Positions 32,329 through 47,300 of a stretch of DNA of 64,000 nt are shown here, piece after piece. Both the position numbers and the translations under genes were made by a program. Every line of letters starts with the position of its first letter. Positions within the stretch are counted from its first letter, which is position 1. The notes beneath the pieces were generated by a model. The model worked only from the letters and a program-made list of their open reading frames with translations. It did not search any database and was not told where the DNA came from. This stretch comes from Auanema rhodensis (taxonomy: Eukaryota > Animalia > Nematoda), in NCBI GenBank assembly GCA_964057225.1, contig OZ059898.1, forward strand, positions 20,646,001 to 20,710,000. The letters run 5' to 3'.

Positions 32329-35300
32329 TAATTTATGCTAAAAAATAATTTATGCTAATTAAATGTACACGTGATGTGCACTTGGTATGTAACTCGCTTC
32401 ACGTGAAAGATAAAGAGATGCGGTTTTTGAAATTAGATTCCCCATGTCCATATTAGTTTAAAAACAAATTTTTATTGATACTGGTTCATGGTAACCATGA
32501 CTTTGAAATTTACGTGTACTTTAATTTATGCTAATTAAATGTACACGTGATGTGCACTTGGTATGTAACTCGCTTCACGTGAAAGATAAAGAGATGCGGT
32601 TTTCAAAATTAGATTCCCCATGTCCATATTAGTCTAAAAACAAATTTTTATTGATATTGATTCATGGTAACCATGACTTTGAAATTTACGTGAACTTTAA
32701 TTTATGCTAATTAAATGTACACGTGATGTGCACTTGGTATGTAACTCGCTTCACGTGAAAGATAAAGAGATGCGGTTTCCAAAATTAGATTCCCCATGTC
32801 CATATTAGTCTAAAAACAAATTTTTATTGATATTGGTTCATGGTAACCATGACTTTGAAATTTACGTGAACTTTAATTTATGCTAATTAAATGTACACGT
32901 GATGTGCACTTGGTATGTAACTCGCTTCACGTGAAAGATAAAGAGATGCGGTTTTCAAAATTAGATTCCCCATGTCCATATTAGTCTAAAAACAAATTTT
33001 TATTGATATTGGTGCATGGTAACCATGACTTTGAAATTTACGTGAACTTTAATTTATGCTAATTAAATGTACACGTGATGTGCACTTGGTATGTAACTCG
33101 CTTCACGTGAAAGATAAAGAGATGCGGTTTTCAAAATTAGATTCCCCATGTCCATATTAGTCTAAAAACAAATTTTTATTGATATTGGTTCATGGTAACC
33201 ATGACATTGAAATTTACGTGAACTTTAATTTATGCTAATTAAATGTACACGTGATGTGCACTTGGTATGTAACTCGCTTCACGTGAAAGATAAAGAGATG
33301 CGGTTTCCGAAATTAGATTCCCCATGTCCATATTAGTCTAAAAACAAATTTTTATTGATATTGGTTCATGGTAACCATGACTTTGAAATTTACGTGAACT
33401 TTAATTTATGCTAATTAAATGTACACGTGATGTGCACTTGGTATGTAACTCGCTTCACGTGAAAGATAAAGAGATGCGGTTTTTGAAATTAGATTCCCCA
33501 TGTCCATATTAGTTTAAAAACAAATTTTTATTGATATTGGTTCATGGTAACCATGACTTTGAAATTTACGTGTACTTTAATTTATGCTAATTAAATGTAC
33601 ACGTGATGTGCACTTGGTATGTAACTCGCTTCACGTGAAAGATAAAGAGATGCGGTTTTCAAAATTAGATTCCCCATGTCCATATTAGTCTAAAAACAAA
33701 TTTTTATTGATATTGATTCATGGTAACCATGACTTTGAAATTTACGTGAACTTTAATTTATGCTAATTAAATGTACACGTGATGTGCACTTGGTATGTAA
33801 CTCGCTTCACGTGAAAGATAAAGAGATGCGGTTTCCAAAATTAGATTCCCCATGTCCATATTAGTCTAAAAACAAATTTTTATTGATATTGGTTCATGGT
33901 AACCATGACTTTGAAATTTACGTGAACTTTAATTTATGCTAATTAAATGTACACGTGATGTGCACTTGGTATGTAACTCGCTTCACGTGAAAGATAAAGA
34001 GATGCGGTTTTCAAAATTAGATTCCCCATGTCCATATTAGTCTAAAAACAAATTTTTATTGATATTGGTGCATGGTAACCATGACTTTGAAATTTACGTG
34101 AACTTTAATTTATGCTAATTAAATGTACACGTGATGTGCACTTGGTATGTAACTCGCTTCACGTGAAAGATAAAGAGATGCGGTTTTCAAAATTAGATTC
34201 CCCATGTCCATATTAGTCTAAAAACAAATTTTTATTGATATTGGTTCATGGTAACCATGACATTGAAATTTACGTGAACTTTAATTTATGCTAATTAAAT
34301 GTACACGTGATGTGCACTTGGTATGTAACTCGCTTCACGTGAAAGATAAAGAGATGCGGTTTCCGAAATTAGATTCCCCATGTCCATATTAGTCTAAAAA
34401 CAAATTTTTATTGATATTGGTTCATGGTAACCATGACTTTGAAATTTACGTGAACTTTAATTTATGCTAATTAAATGTACACGTGATGTGCACTTGGTAT
34501 GTAACTCGCTTCACGTGAAAGATAAAGAGATGCGGTTTTCGAAATTAGATTCCCCATGTCCATATTAGTTTAAAAACAAATTTTTATTGATATTGGTTCA
34601 TGGTAACCATGACTTTGAAATTTACGTGAACTTTAATTTATGCTAATTAAATGTACACGTGATGTGCACTTGGTATGTAACTCGCTTCACGTGAAAGATA
34701 AAGAGGTGCGGTTTTCGAAATTAGATTTCCCATGTCCATATTAGTTTAAAAACAAATTTTTATTGATATTGGTTCATGGTAACCATGACTTTGAAATTTA
34801 CGTGAACTTTAATTTATGCTAATTAAATGTACACGTGATGTGCACTTGGTATGTAACTCGCTTCACGTGAAAGATAAAGAGATGCGGCTTTCGAAATTAG
34901 ATTCCCCATGTCCATATTAGTCTAAAAACAAATTTTTATTGATATTGGTTCATGGTAACCATGACTTTGAAATTTACGTGAACTTTAATTTATGCTAATT
35001 AAATGTACACGTGATGTGCACTTGGTATGTAACTCGCTTCACGTGAAAGATAAAGAGATGCGGTTTTCAAAATTAGATTCCCCATGTCCATATTAGTCTA
35101 AAAACAAATTTTTATTGATATTGGTGCATGGTAACCATGACTTTGAAATTTACGTGAACTTTAATTTATGCTAATTAAATGTACACGTGATGTGCACTTG
35201 GTATGTAACTCGCTTCACGTGAAAGATAAAGAGATGCGGTTTTCAAAATTAGATTCCCCATGTCCATATTAGTCTAAAAACAAATTTTTTTTGATATTGG

Positions 35301-38300
35301 TTCATGGTAACCATGACTTTGAAATTTACGTGAACTTTAATTTATGCTAATTAAATGTACACGTGATGTGCACTTGGTATGTAACTCGCTTCACGTGAAA
35401 GATAAAGATATGCGGTTTTCGAAATTAGATTCCCCATGTCCATATTAGTCTAAAAACAAATTTTTATTGATATTGGTTCATGGTAACCATGACTTTGAAA
35501 TTTACGTGAACTTTAATTTATGCTAATTAAATGTACACGTGATGTGCACTTGGTATGTAACTCGCTTCACGTGAAAGATAAAGAGATGCGGTTTTCGAAA
35601 TTAGATTCCCCATGTCCATATTAGTTTAAAAACAAATTTTTATTGATATTGGTTCATGGTAACCATGACTTTGAAATTTACGTGAACTTTAATTTATGCT
35701 AATTAAATGTACACGTGATGTGCACTTGGTATGTAACTCGCTTCACGTGAAAGATAAAGAGATGCGGTTTTCGAAATTAGATTCCCCATGTCCATATTAG
35801 TCTAAAAACAAATTTTTATTGATATTGGTTCATGGTAACCATGACTTTGAAATTTACGTGAACTTTAATTTATGCTAATTAAATGTACACGTGATGTGCA
35901 CTTGGTATGTAACTCGCTTCACGTGAAAGATAAAGAGATGCGGTTTTCAAAATTAGATTCCCCATGTCCATATTAGTCTAAAAACAAATTTTTATTGATA
36001 TTGGTTTATGGTAACCATGACTTTGAAATTTACGTGAACTTTAATTTATGCTAATTAAATGTACACGTGATGTGCACTTGGTATGTAACTCGCTTCACGT
36101 GAAAGATGCGGTTTTCAAAATTAGATTCTTTATGTCCATATTAGTCTAAAAACAAATTTTTATTGATATTGGTTCATGGTAACCATGACTTTGAAATTTA
36201 CGTGAACTTTAATTTATGCTAATTAAATGTACACGTGATGTGCACTTGGTATGTAACTCGCTTCACGTGAAAGATAAAGAGATGCGGTTTTTGAAATTAG
36301 ATTCCCCATGTCCATATTAGTCTAAAAACAAATTTTTATTGATATTGGTTCATGGTAACCATGACTTTGAAATTTACGTGAACTTTAATTTATGCTAATT
36401 AAATGTACACGTGATGTGCACTTGGTATGTAACTCGCTTCACATGAAAGATAAAGAGATGCGGTTTTCAAAATTAGATTCCCCATGTTCATATTAGTCTA
36501 AAAACAAATTTTCATTGATATTGGTTCATGGTAACCATGACTTTGAAATTCACGTGAACTTTAATTTATGCTAATTAAATGTACACGTGATGTGCACTTG
36601 GTATGTAACTCGCTTCACGTGAAAGATAAAGAGATGCGGTTTTCAAAATTAGATTCCCCATGTCCATATTAGTCTAAAAACAAATTTTTATTGATATTGG
36701 TGCATGGTAACCATGACTTTGAAATTCACGTGAACTTTAATTTATGCTAATTAAATGTACACGTGATGTGCACGTGGTATGTAACTCGCTTCACGTGAAA
36801 GATAAAGAGATGCGGTTTTCAAAATTAGATTCCCCATGTCCATATTAGTCTAAAAACAAATTTTTATTGATATTGGTGCATGGTAACCATGACTTTGAAA
36901 TTTACGTGAACTTTAATTTATGCTAATTAAATGTACACGTGATGTGCACTTGGTATGTAACTCGCTTCACGTGAAAGATAAAGAGATGCGGTTTTCAAAA
37001 TTAGATTCCCCATGTCCATATTAGTTTAAAAACAAATTTTTATTGATATTGGTTCATGGTAACCATGACTTTGAAATTTACGTGAACTTTAATTTATGCT
37101 AATTAAATGTACACGTGATGTGCACTTGGTATGTAACTCGCTTCACGTGAAAGATAAAGAGATGCGGTTTTTGAAATTAGATTCCCCATGTCCATATTAG
37201 TCTAAAAACAAATTTTTATTGATATTGGTGCATGGTAACCATGACTTTGAAATTTACGTGAACTTTAATTTATGCTAATTAAATGTACACGTGATGTGCA
37301 CTTGGTATGTAACTCGCTTCACGTGAAAGATAAAGAGATGCGGTTTTCAAAATTAGATTCCCCATGTCCATATTAGTCTAAAAACAAATTTTTATTGATA
37401 TTGGTTCATGGTAACCATGACTTTGAAATTTACGTGAACTTTAATTTATGCTAATTAAATGTACACGTGATGTGCACTTGGTATGTAACTCGCTTCACGT
37501 GAAAGATAAAGAGATGCGGTTTTCAAAATTAGATTCCCCATGTTCATATTAGTTTAAAAACAAATTTTTATTGATATTGGTTCATGGTAACCATGACTTT
37601 GAAATTTACGTGAACTTTAATTTATGCTAATTAAATGTACACGTGATGTGCACTTGGTATGTAACTCGCTTCACGTGAAAGATAAAGAGATGCGGTTTTT
37701 GAAATTAGATTCCCCATGTCCATATTAGTCTAAAAACAAATTTTTATTGATATTGGTTCATGGTAACCATGACTTTGAAATTTACGTGAACTTTAATTTA
37801 TGCTAATTAAATGTACACGTGATGTGCACTTGGTATGTAACTCGCTTCACATGAAAGATAAAGAGATGCGGTTTTCAAAATTAGATTCCCCATGTTCATA
37901 TTAGTCTAAAAACAAATTTTCATTGATATTGGTTCATGGTAACCATGACTTTGAAATTCACGTGAACTTTAATTTATGCTAATTAAATGTACACGTGATG
38001 TGCACTTGGTATGTAACTCGCTTCACGTGAAAGATAAAGAGATGCGGTTTTCAAAATTAGATTCCCCATGTCCATATTAGTCTAAAAACAAATTTTTATT
38101 GATATTGGTGCATGGTAACCATGACTTTGAAATTCACGTGAACTTTAATTTATGCTAATTAAATGTACACGTGATGTGCACGTGGTATGTAACTCGCTTC
38201 ACGTGAAAGATAAAGAGATGCGGTTTTCAAAATTAGATTCCCCATGTCCATATTAGTCTAAAAACAAATTTTTATTGATATTGGTGCATGGTAACCATGA

Positions 38301-41300
38301 CTTTGAAATTTACGTGAACTTTAATTTATGCTAATTAAATGTACACGTGATGTGCACTTGGTATGTAACTCGCTTCACGTGAAAGATAAAGAGATGCGGT
38401 TTTCAAAATTAGATTCCCCATGTCCATATTAGTCTAAAAACAAATTTTTATTGATATTGGTTCATGGTAACCATGACTTTGAAATTTACGTGAACTTTAA
38501 TTTATGCTAATTAAATGTACACGTGATGTGCACTTGGTATGTAACTCGCTTCACGTGAAAGATAAAGAGATGCGGTTTTTGAAATTAGATTCCCCATGTC
38601 CATATTAGTCTAAAAACAAATTTTTATTGATATTGGTGCATGGTAACCATGACTTTGAAATTTACGTGAACTTTAATTTATGCTAATTAAATGTACACGT
38701 GATGTGCACTTGGTATGTAACTCGCTTCACGTGAAAGATAAAGAGATGCGGTTTTCAAAATTAGATTCCCCATGTCCATATTAGTCTAAAAACAAATTTT
38801 TATTGATATTGGTTCATGGTAACCATGACTTTGAAATTTACGTGAACTTTAATTTATGCTAATTAAATGTACACGTGATGTGCACTTGGTATGTAACTCG
38901 CTTCACGTGAAAGATAAAGAGATGCGGTTTTCAAAATTAGATTCCCCATGTCCATATTAGTCTAAAAACAAATTTTTATTGATATTGATTCATGGTAACC
39001 ATGACTTTGAAATTTACGTGAACTTTAATTTATGCTAATTAAATGTACACGTGATGTGCACTTGGTATGTAACTCGCTTCACGTGAAAGATAAAGAGATG
39101 CGGTTTTTAAAATTAGATTCCCCATGTCCATATTAGTCTAAAAACAAATTTTTATTGATATTGGTGCATGGTAACCATGACTTTGAAATTTACGTGAACT
39201 TTAATTTATGCTAATTAAATGTACACGTGATGTGCACTTGGTATGTAACTCGCTTCACGTGAAAGATAAAGAGATGCGGTTTTCAAAATTAGATTCCCCA
39301 TGTCCATATTAGTCTAAAAACAAATTTTTATTGATATTGGTTCATGGTAACCATGACTTTGAAATTTACGTGAACTTTAATTTATGCTAATTAAATGTAC
39401 ACGTGATGTGCACTTGGTATGTAACTCGCTTCACGTGAAAGATAAAGAGATGCGGTTTTCAAAATTAGATTCCCCATGTTCATATTAGTCTAAAAACAAA
39501 TTTTCATTGATATTGGTTCATGGTAACCATGACTTTGAAATTCACGTGAACTTTAATTTATGCTAATTAAATGTACACGTGATGTGCACTTGGTATGTAA
39601 CTCGCTTCACGTGAAAGATAAAGAGATGCGGTTTTCAAAATTAGATTCCCCATGTCCATATTAGTCTAAAAACAAATTTTTATTGATATTGGTTCATGGT
39701 AACCATGACTTTGAAATTTACGTGAACTTTAATTTATGCTAATTAAATGTACACGTGATGTGCACTTGGTATGTAACTCGCTTCACGTGAAAGATAAAGA
39801 GATGCGGTTTTCGAAATTAGATTCCCCATGTCCATATTAGTTTAAAAACAAATTTTTATTGATATTGGTTCATGGTAACCATGACTTTGAAATTTACGTG
39901 AACTTTAATTTATGCTAATTAAATGTACACGTGATGTGCACTTGGTATGTAACTCGCTTCACGTGAAAGATAAAGAGATGCGGTTTTCAAAATTAGATTC
40001 CCCATGTCCATATTAGTCTAAAAACAAATTTTTATTGATATTGATTCATGGTAACCATGACTTTGAAATTTACGTGAACTTTAATTTATGCTAATTAAAT
40101 GTACACGTGATGTGCACTTGGTATGTAACTCGCTTCACGTGAAAGATAAAGAGATGCGGTTTCCAAAATTAGATTCCCCATGTCCATATTAGTCTAAAAA
40201 CAAATTTTTATTGATATTGGTTCATGGTAACCATGACTTTGAAATTTACGTGAACTTTAATTTATGCTAATTAAATGTACACGTGATGTGCACTTGGTAT
40301 GTAACTCGCTTCACGTGAAAGATAAAGAGATGCGGTTTTCAAAATTAGATTCCCCATGTCCATATTAGTCTAAAAACAAATTTTTATTGATATTGGTGCA
40401 TGGTAACCATGACTTTGAAATTTACGTGAACTTTAATTTATGCTAATTAAATGTACACGTGATGTGCACTTGGTATGTAACTCGCTTCACGTGAAAGATA
40501 AAGAGATGCGGTTTTCAAAATTAGATTCCCCATGTCCATATTAGTCTAAAAACAAATTTTTATTGATATTGGTTCATGGTAACCATGACATTGAAATTTA
40601 CGTGAACTTTAATTTATGCTAATTAAATGTACACGTGATGTGCACTTGGTATGTAACTCGCTTCACGTGAAAGATAAAGAGATGCGGTTTCCGAAATTAG
40701 ATTCCCCATGTCCATATTAGTCTAAAAACAAATTTTTATTGATATTGGTTCATGGTAACCATGACTTTGAAATTTACGTGAACTTTAATTTATGCTAATT
40801 AAATGTACACGTGATGTGCACTTGGTATGTAACTCGCTTCACGTGAAAGATAAAGAGATGCGGTTTTCGAAATTAGATTCCCCATGTCCATATTAGTTTA
40901 AAAACAAATTTTCATTGATATTGGTTAATGGTAACCATGACTTTGAAATTTACGTGAACTTTAATTTATGCTAATTAAATGTACACGTGATGTGCACTTG
41001 GTATGTAACTCGCTTCACGTGAAAGATAAAGAGATGCGGTTTTCGAAATTAGATTTCCCATGTCCATATTAGTTTAAAAACAAATTTTTATTGATATTGG
41101 TTCATGGTAACCATGACTTTGAAATTTACGTGAACTTTAATTTATGCTAATTAAATGTACACGTGATGTGCACTTGGTATGTAACTCGCTTCACGTGAAA
41201 GATAAAGAGATGCGGCTTTCGAAATTAGATTCCCCATGTCCATATTAGTCTAAAAACAAATTTTTATTGATATTGGTTCATGGTAACCATGACTTTGAAA

Positions 41301-44300
41301 TTTACGTGAACTTTAATTTATGCTAATTAAATGTACACGTGATGTGCACTTGGTATGTAACTCGCTTCACGTGAAAGATAAAGAGATGCAGTTTTCAAAA
41401 TTAGATTCCCCATGTCCATATTAGTCTAAAAACAAATTTTTATTGATATTGGTGCATGGTAACCATGACTTTGAGATTTACGTGAACTTTAATTTATGCT
41501 AATTAAATGTACACGTGATGTGCACTTGGTATGTAACTCGCTTCACGTGAAAGATAAAGAGATGCGGTTTTCAAAATTAGATTCCCCATGTCCATATTAG
41601 TCTAAAAACAAATTTTTATTGATATTGGTTCATGGTAACCATGACTTTGAAATTTACGTGAACTTTAATTTATGCTAATTAAATGTACACGTGATGTGCA
41701 CTTGGTATGTAACTCGCTTCACGTGAAAGATAAAGAGATGCGGTTTTCGAAATTAGATTCCCCATGTCCATATTAGTCTAAAAACAAATTTTTATTGATA
41801 TTGGTTCATGGTAACCATGACTTTGAAATTTACGTGAACTTTAATTTATGCTAATTAAATGTACACGTGATGTGCACTTGGTATGTAACTCGCTTCACGT
41901 GAAAGATAAAGAGATGCGGTTTTCGAAATTAGATTCCCCATGTCCATATTAGTTTAAAAACAAATTTTTATTGATATTGGTTCATGGTAACCATGACTTT
42001 GAAATTTACGTGAACTTTAATTTATGCTAATTAAATGTACACGTGATGTGCACTTGGTATGTAACTCGCTTCACGTGAAAGATAAAGAGATGCGGTTTTC
42101 GAAATTAGATTCCCCATGTCCATATTAGTCTAAAAACAAATTTTTATTGATATTGGTTCATGGTAACCATGACTTTGAAATTTACGTGAACTTTAATTTA
42201 TGCTAATTAAATGTACACGTGATGTGCACTTGGTATGTAACTCGCTTCACGTGAAAGATAAAGAGATGCGGTTTTCAAAATTAGATTCCCCATGTCCATA
42301 TTAGTCTAAAAACAAATTTTTATTGATATTGGTTTATGGTAACCATGACTTTGAAATTTACGTGAACTTTAATTTATGCTAATTAAATGTACACGTGATG
42401 TGCACTTGGTATGTAACTCGCTTCACGTGAAAGATGCGGTTTTCAAAATTAGATTCTTCATGTCCATATTAGTCTAAAAACAAATTTTTATTGATATTGG
42501 TTCATGGTAACCATGACTTTGAAATTTACGTGAACTTTAATTTATGCTAATTAAATGTACACGTGATGTGCACTTGGTATGTAACTCGCTTCACGTGAAA
42601 GATAAAGAGATGCGGTTTTCGAAATTAGATTCCCCATGTCCATATTAGTTTAAAAACAAATTTTTATTGATATTGGTTCATGGTAACCATGACTTTGAAA
42701 TTTACGTGAACTTTAATTTATGCTAATTAAATGTACACGTGATGTGCACTTGGTATGTAACTCGCTTCACGTGAAAGATAAAGAGATGCGGTTTTCGAAA
42801 TTAGATTCCCCATGTCCATATTAGTCTAAAAACAAATTTTTATTGATATTGGTTCATGGTAACCATGACTTTGAAATTTACGTGAACTTTAATTTATGCT
42901 AATTAAATGTACACGTGATGTGCACTTGGTATGTAACTCGCTTCACGTGAAAGATAAAGAGATGCGGTTTTCAAAATTAGATTCCCCATGTCCATATTAG
43001 TCTAAAAACAAATTTTTATTGATATTGGTTTATGGTAACCATGACTTTGAAATTTACGTGAACTTTAATTTATGCTAATTAAATGTACACGTGATGTGCA
43101 CTTGGTATGTAACTCGCTTCACGTGAAAGATGCGGTTTTCAAAATTAGATTCTTCATGTCCATATTAGTCTAAAAACAAATTTTTATTGATATTGGTTCA
43201 TGGTAACCATGACTTTGAAATTTACGTGAACTTTAATTTATGCTAATTAAATGTACACGTGATGTGCACTTGGTATGTAACTCGCTTCACGTGAAAGATA
43301 AAGAGATGCGGTTTTTGAAATTAGATTCCCCATGTCCATATTAGTCTAAAAACAAATTTTTATTGATATTGGTTCATGGTAACCATGACTTTGAAATTTA
43401 CGTGAACTTTAATTTATGCTAATTAAATGTACACGTGATGTGCACTCGGTATGTAACTCGCTTCACATGAAAGATAAAGAGATGCGGTTTTCAAAATTAG
43501 ATTCTTCATATCCATATTAGTCTAAAAACAAATTTTTATTGATATTGGTTCATGGTAACCATGACTTTGAAATTTACGTGAACTTTAATTTATGCTAATT
43601 AAATGTACACGTGATGTGCACTTGGTATGTAACTCGCTTCACGTGAAAGATAAAGAGATGCGGTTTTTGAAATTAGATTCCCCATGTCCATATTAGTCTA
43701 AAAACAAATTTTTATTGATATTGGTTCATGGTAACCATGACTTTGAAATTTACGTGAACTTTAATTTATGCTAATTAAATGTACACGTGATGTGCACTTG
43801 GTATGTAACTCGCTTCACATGAAAGATAAAGAGATGCGGTTTTCAAAATTAGATTCCCCATGTTCATATTAGTCTAAAAACAAATTTTCATTGATATTGG
43901 TTCATGGTAACCATGACTTTGAAATTCACGTGAACTTTAATTTATGCTAATTAAATGTACACGTGATGTGCACTTGGTATGTAACTCGCTTCACGTGAAA
44001 GATAAAGAGATGCGGTTTTCAAAATTAGATTCCCCATGTCCATATTAGTCTAAAAACAAATTTTTATTGATATTGGTGCATGGTAACCATGACTTTGAAA
44101 TTCACGTGAACTTTAATTTATGCTAATTAAATGTACACGTGATGTGCACGTGGTATGTAACTCGCTTCACGTGAAAGATAAAGAGATGCGGTTTTCAAAA
44201 TTAGATTCCCCATGTCCATATTAGTCTAAAAACAAATTTTTATTGATATTGGTGCATGGTAACCATGACTTTGAAATTTACGTGAACTTTAATTTATGCT

Positions 44301-47300
44301 AATTAAATGTACACGTGATGTGCACTTGGTATGTAACTCGCTTCACGTGAAAGATAAAGAGATGCGGTTTTCAAAATTAGATTCCCCATGTCCATATTAG
44401 TCTAAAAACAAATTTTTATTGATATTGGTTCATGGTAACCATGACTTTGAAATTTACGTGAACTTTAATTTATGCTAATTAAATGTACACGTGATGTGCA
44501 CTTGGTATGTAACTCGCTTCACGTGAAAGATAAAGAGATGCGGTTTTTAAAATTAGATTCCCCATGTCCATATTAGTCTAAAAACAAATTTTTATTGATA
44601 TTGGTGCATGGTAACCATGACTTTGAAATTTACGTGAACTTTAATTTATGCTAATTAAATGTACACGTGATGTGCACTTGGTATGTAACTCGCTTCACGT
44701 GAAAGATAAAGAGATGCGGTTTTCAAAATTAGATTCCCCATGTCCATATTAGTCTAAAAACAAATTTTTATTGATATTGGTTCATGGTAACCATGACTTT
44801 GAAATTTACGTGAACTTTAATTTATGCTAATTAAATGTACACGTGATGTGCACTTGGTATGTAACTCGCTTCACGTGAAAGATAAAGAGATGCGGTTTTC
44901 AAAATTAGATTCCCCATGTTCATATTAGTCTAAAAACAAATTTTCATTGATATTGGTTCATGGTAACCATGACTTTGAAATTCACGTGAACTTTAATTTA
45001 TGCTAATTAAATGTACACGTGATGTGCACTTGGTATGTAACTCGCTTCACGTGAAAGATAAAGAGATGCGGTTTTCAAAATTAGATTCCCCATGTCCATA
45101 TTAGTCTAAAAACAAATTTTTATTGATATTGGTTCATGGTAACCATGACTTTGAAATTTACGTGAACTTTAATTTATGCTAATTAAATGTACACGTGATG
45201 TGCACTTGGTATGTAACTCGCTTCACGTGAAAGATAAAGAGATGCGGTTTTCGAAATTAGATTCCCCATGTCCATATTAGTTTAAAAACAAATTTTTATT
45301 GATATTGGTTCATGGTAACCATGACTTTGAAATTTACGTGAACTTTAATTTATGCTAATTAAATGTACACGTGATGTGCACTTGGTATGTAACTCGCTTC
45401 ACGTGAAAGATAAAGAGATGCGGTTTTCAAAATTAGATTCCCCATGTCCATATTAGTCTAAAAACAAATTTTTATTGATATTGATTCATGGTAACCATGA
45501 CTTTGAAATTTACGTGAACTTTAATTTATGCTAATTAAATGTACACGTGATGTGCACTTGGTATGTAACTCGCTTCACGTGAAAGATAAAGAGATGCGGT
45601 TTCCAAAATTAGATTCCCCATGTCCATATTAGTCTAAAAACAAATTTTTATTGATATTGGTTCACGGTAACCATGACTTTGAAATTTACGTGAACTTTAA
45701 TTTATGCTAATTAAATGTACACGTGATGTGCACTTGGTATGTAACTCGCTTCACGTGAAAGATAAAGAGATGCGGTTTTCAAAATTAGATTCCCCATGTC
45801 CATATTAGTCTAAAAACAAATTTTTATTGATATTGGTTCATGGTAACCATGACATTGAAATTTACGTGAACTTTAATTTATGCTAATTAAATGTACACGT
45901 GATGTGCACTTGGTATGTAACTCGCTTCACGTGAAAGATAAAGAGATGCGGTTTCCGAAATTAGATTCCCCATGTCCATATTAGTCTAAAAACAAATTTT
46001 TATTGATATTGGTTCATGGTAACCATGACTTTGAAATTTACGTGAACTTTAATTTATGCTGATTAAATGTACACGTGATGTGCACTTGGTATGTAACTCG
46101 CTTCACGTGAAAGATAAAGAGATGCGGTTTTCGAAATTAGATTCCCCATGTCCATATTAGTTTAAAAACAAATTTTTATTGATATTGGTTCATGGTAACC
46201 ATGACTTTGAAATTTACGTGAACTTTAATTTATGCTAATTAAATGTACACGTGATGTGCACTTGGTATGTAACTCGCTTCACGTGAAAGATAAAGAGATG
46301 CGGTTTTCGAAATTAGATTTCCCATGTCCACATTAGTTTAAAAACAAATTTTTATTGATATTGGTTCATGGTAACCATGACTTTGAAATTTACGTGAACT
46401 TTAATTTATGCTAATTAAATGTACACGTGATGTGCACTTGGTATGTAACTCGCTTCACATGAAAGATAAAGAGATGCGGTTTTCAAAATTAGATTCCCCA
46501 TGTCCATATTAGTCTAAAAACAAATTTTTATTGATATTGGTGCATGGTAACCATGACTTTGAAATTTACGTGAACTTTAATTTATGCTAATTAAATGTAC
46601 ACGTGATGTGCACTTGGTATGTAACTCGCTTCACGTGAAAGATAAAGAGATGCGGTTTTCAAAATTAGATTCCCCATGTTCATATTAGTCTAAAAACAAA
46701 TTTTCATTGATATTGGTTCATGGTAACCATGACTTTGAAATTCACGTGAACTTTAATTTATGCTAATTAAATGTACACGTGATGTGCACTTGGTATGTAA
46801 CTCGCTTCACGTGAAAGATAAAGAGATGCGGTTTTCAAAATTAGATTCCCCATGTCCATATTAGTCTAAAAACAAATTTTTATTGATATTGGTTCATGGT
46901 AACCATGACATTGAAATTTACGTGAACTTTAATTTATGCTAATTAAATGTACACGTGATGTGCACTTGGTATGTAACTCGCTTCACGTGAAACATAAAGA
47001 GATGCGGTTTTCGAAATTAGATTCCCCATGTCCATATTAGTCTAAAAACAAATTTTTATTGATATTGGTTCATGGTAACCATGACTTTGAAATTTACGTG
47101 AACTTTAATTTATGCTAATTAAATGTACACGTGATGTGCACTTGGTATGTAACTCGCTTCACGTGAAAGATAAAGAGAAGCGGTTTTCGAAATTAGATTC
47201 CCCATGTCCATATTAGTTTAAAAACAAATTTTTATTGATATTGGTTCATGGTAACCATGACTTTGAAATTTACGTGAACTTTAATTTATGCTAATTAAAT

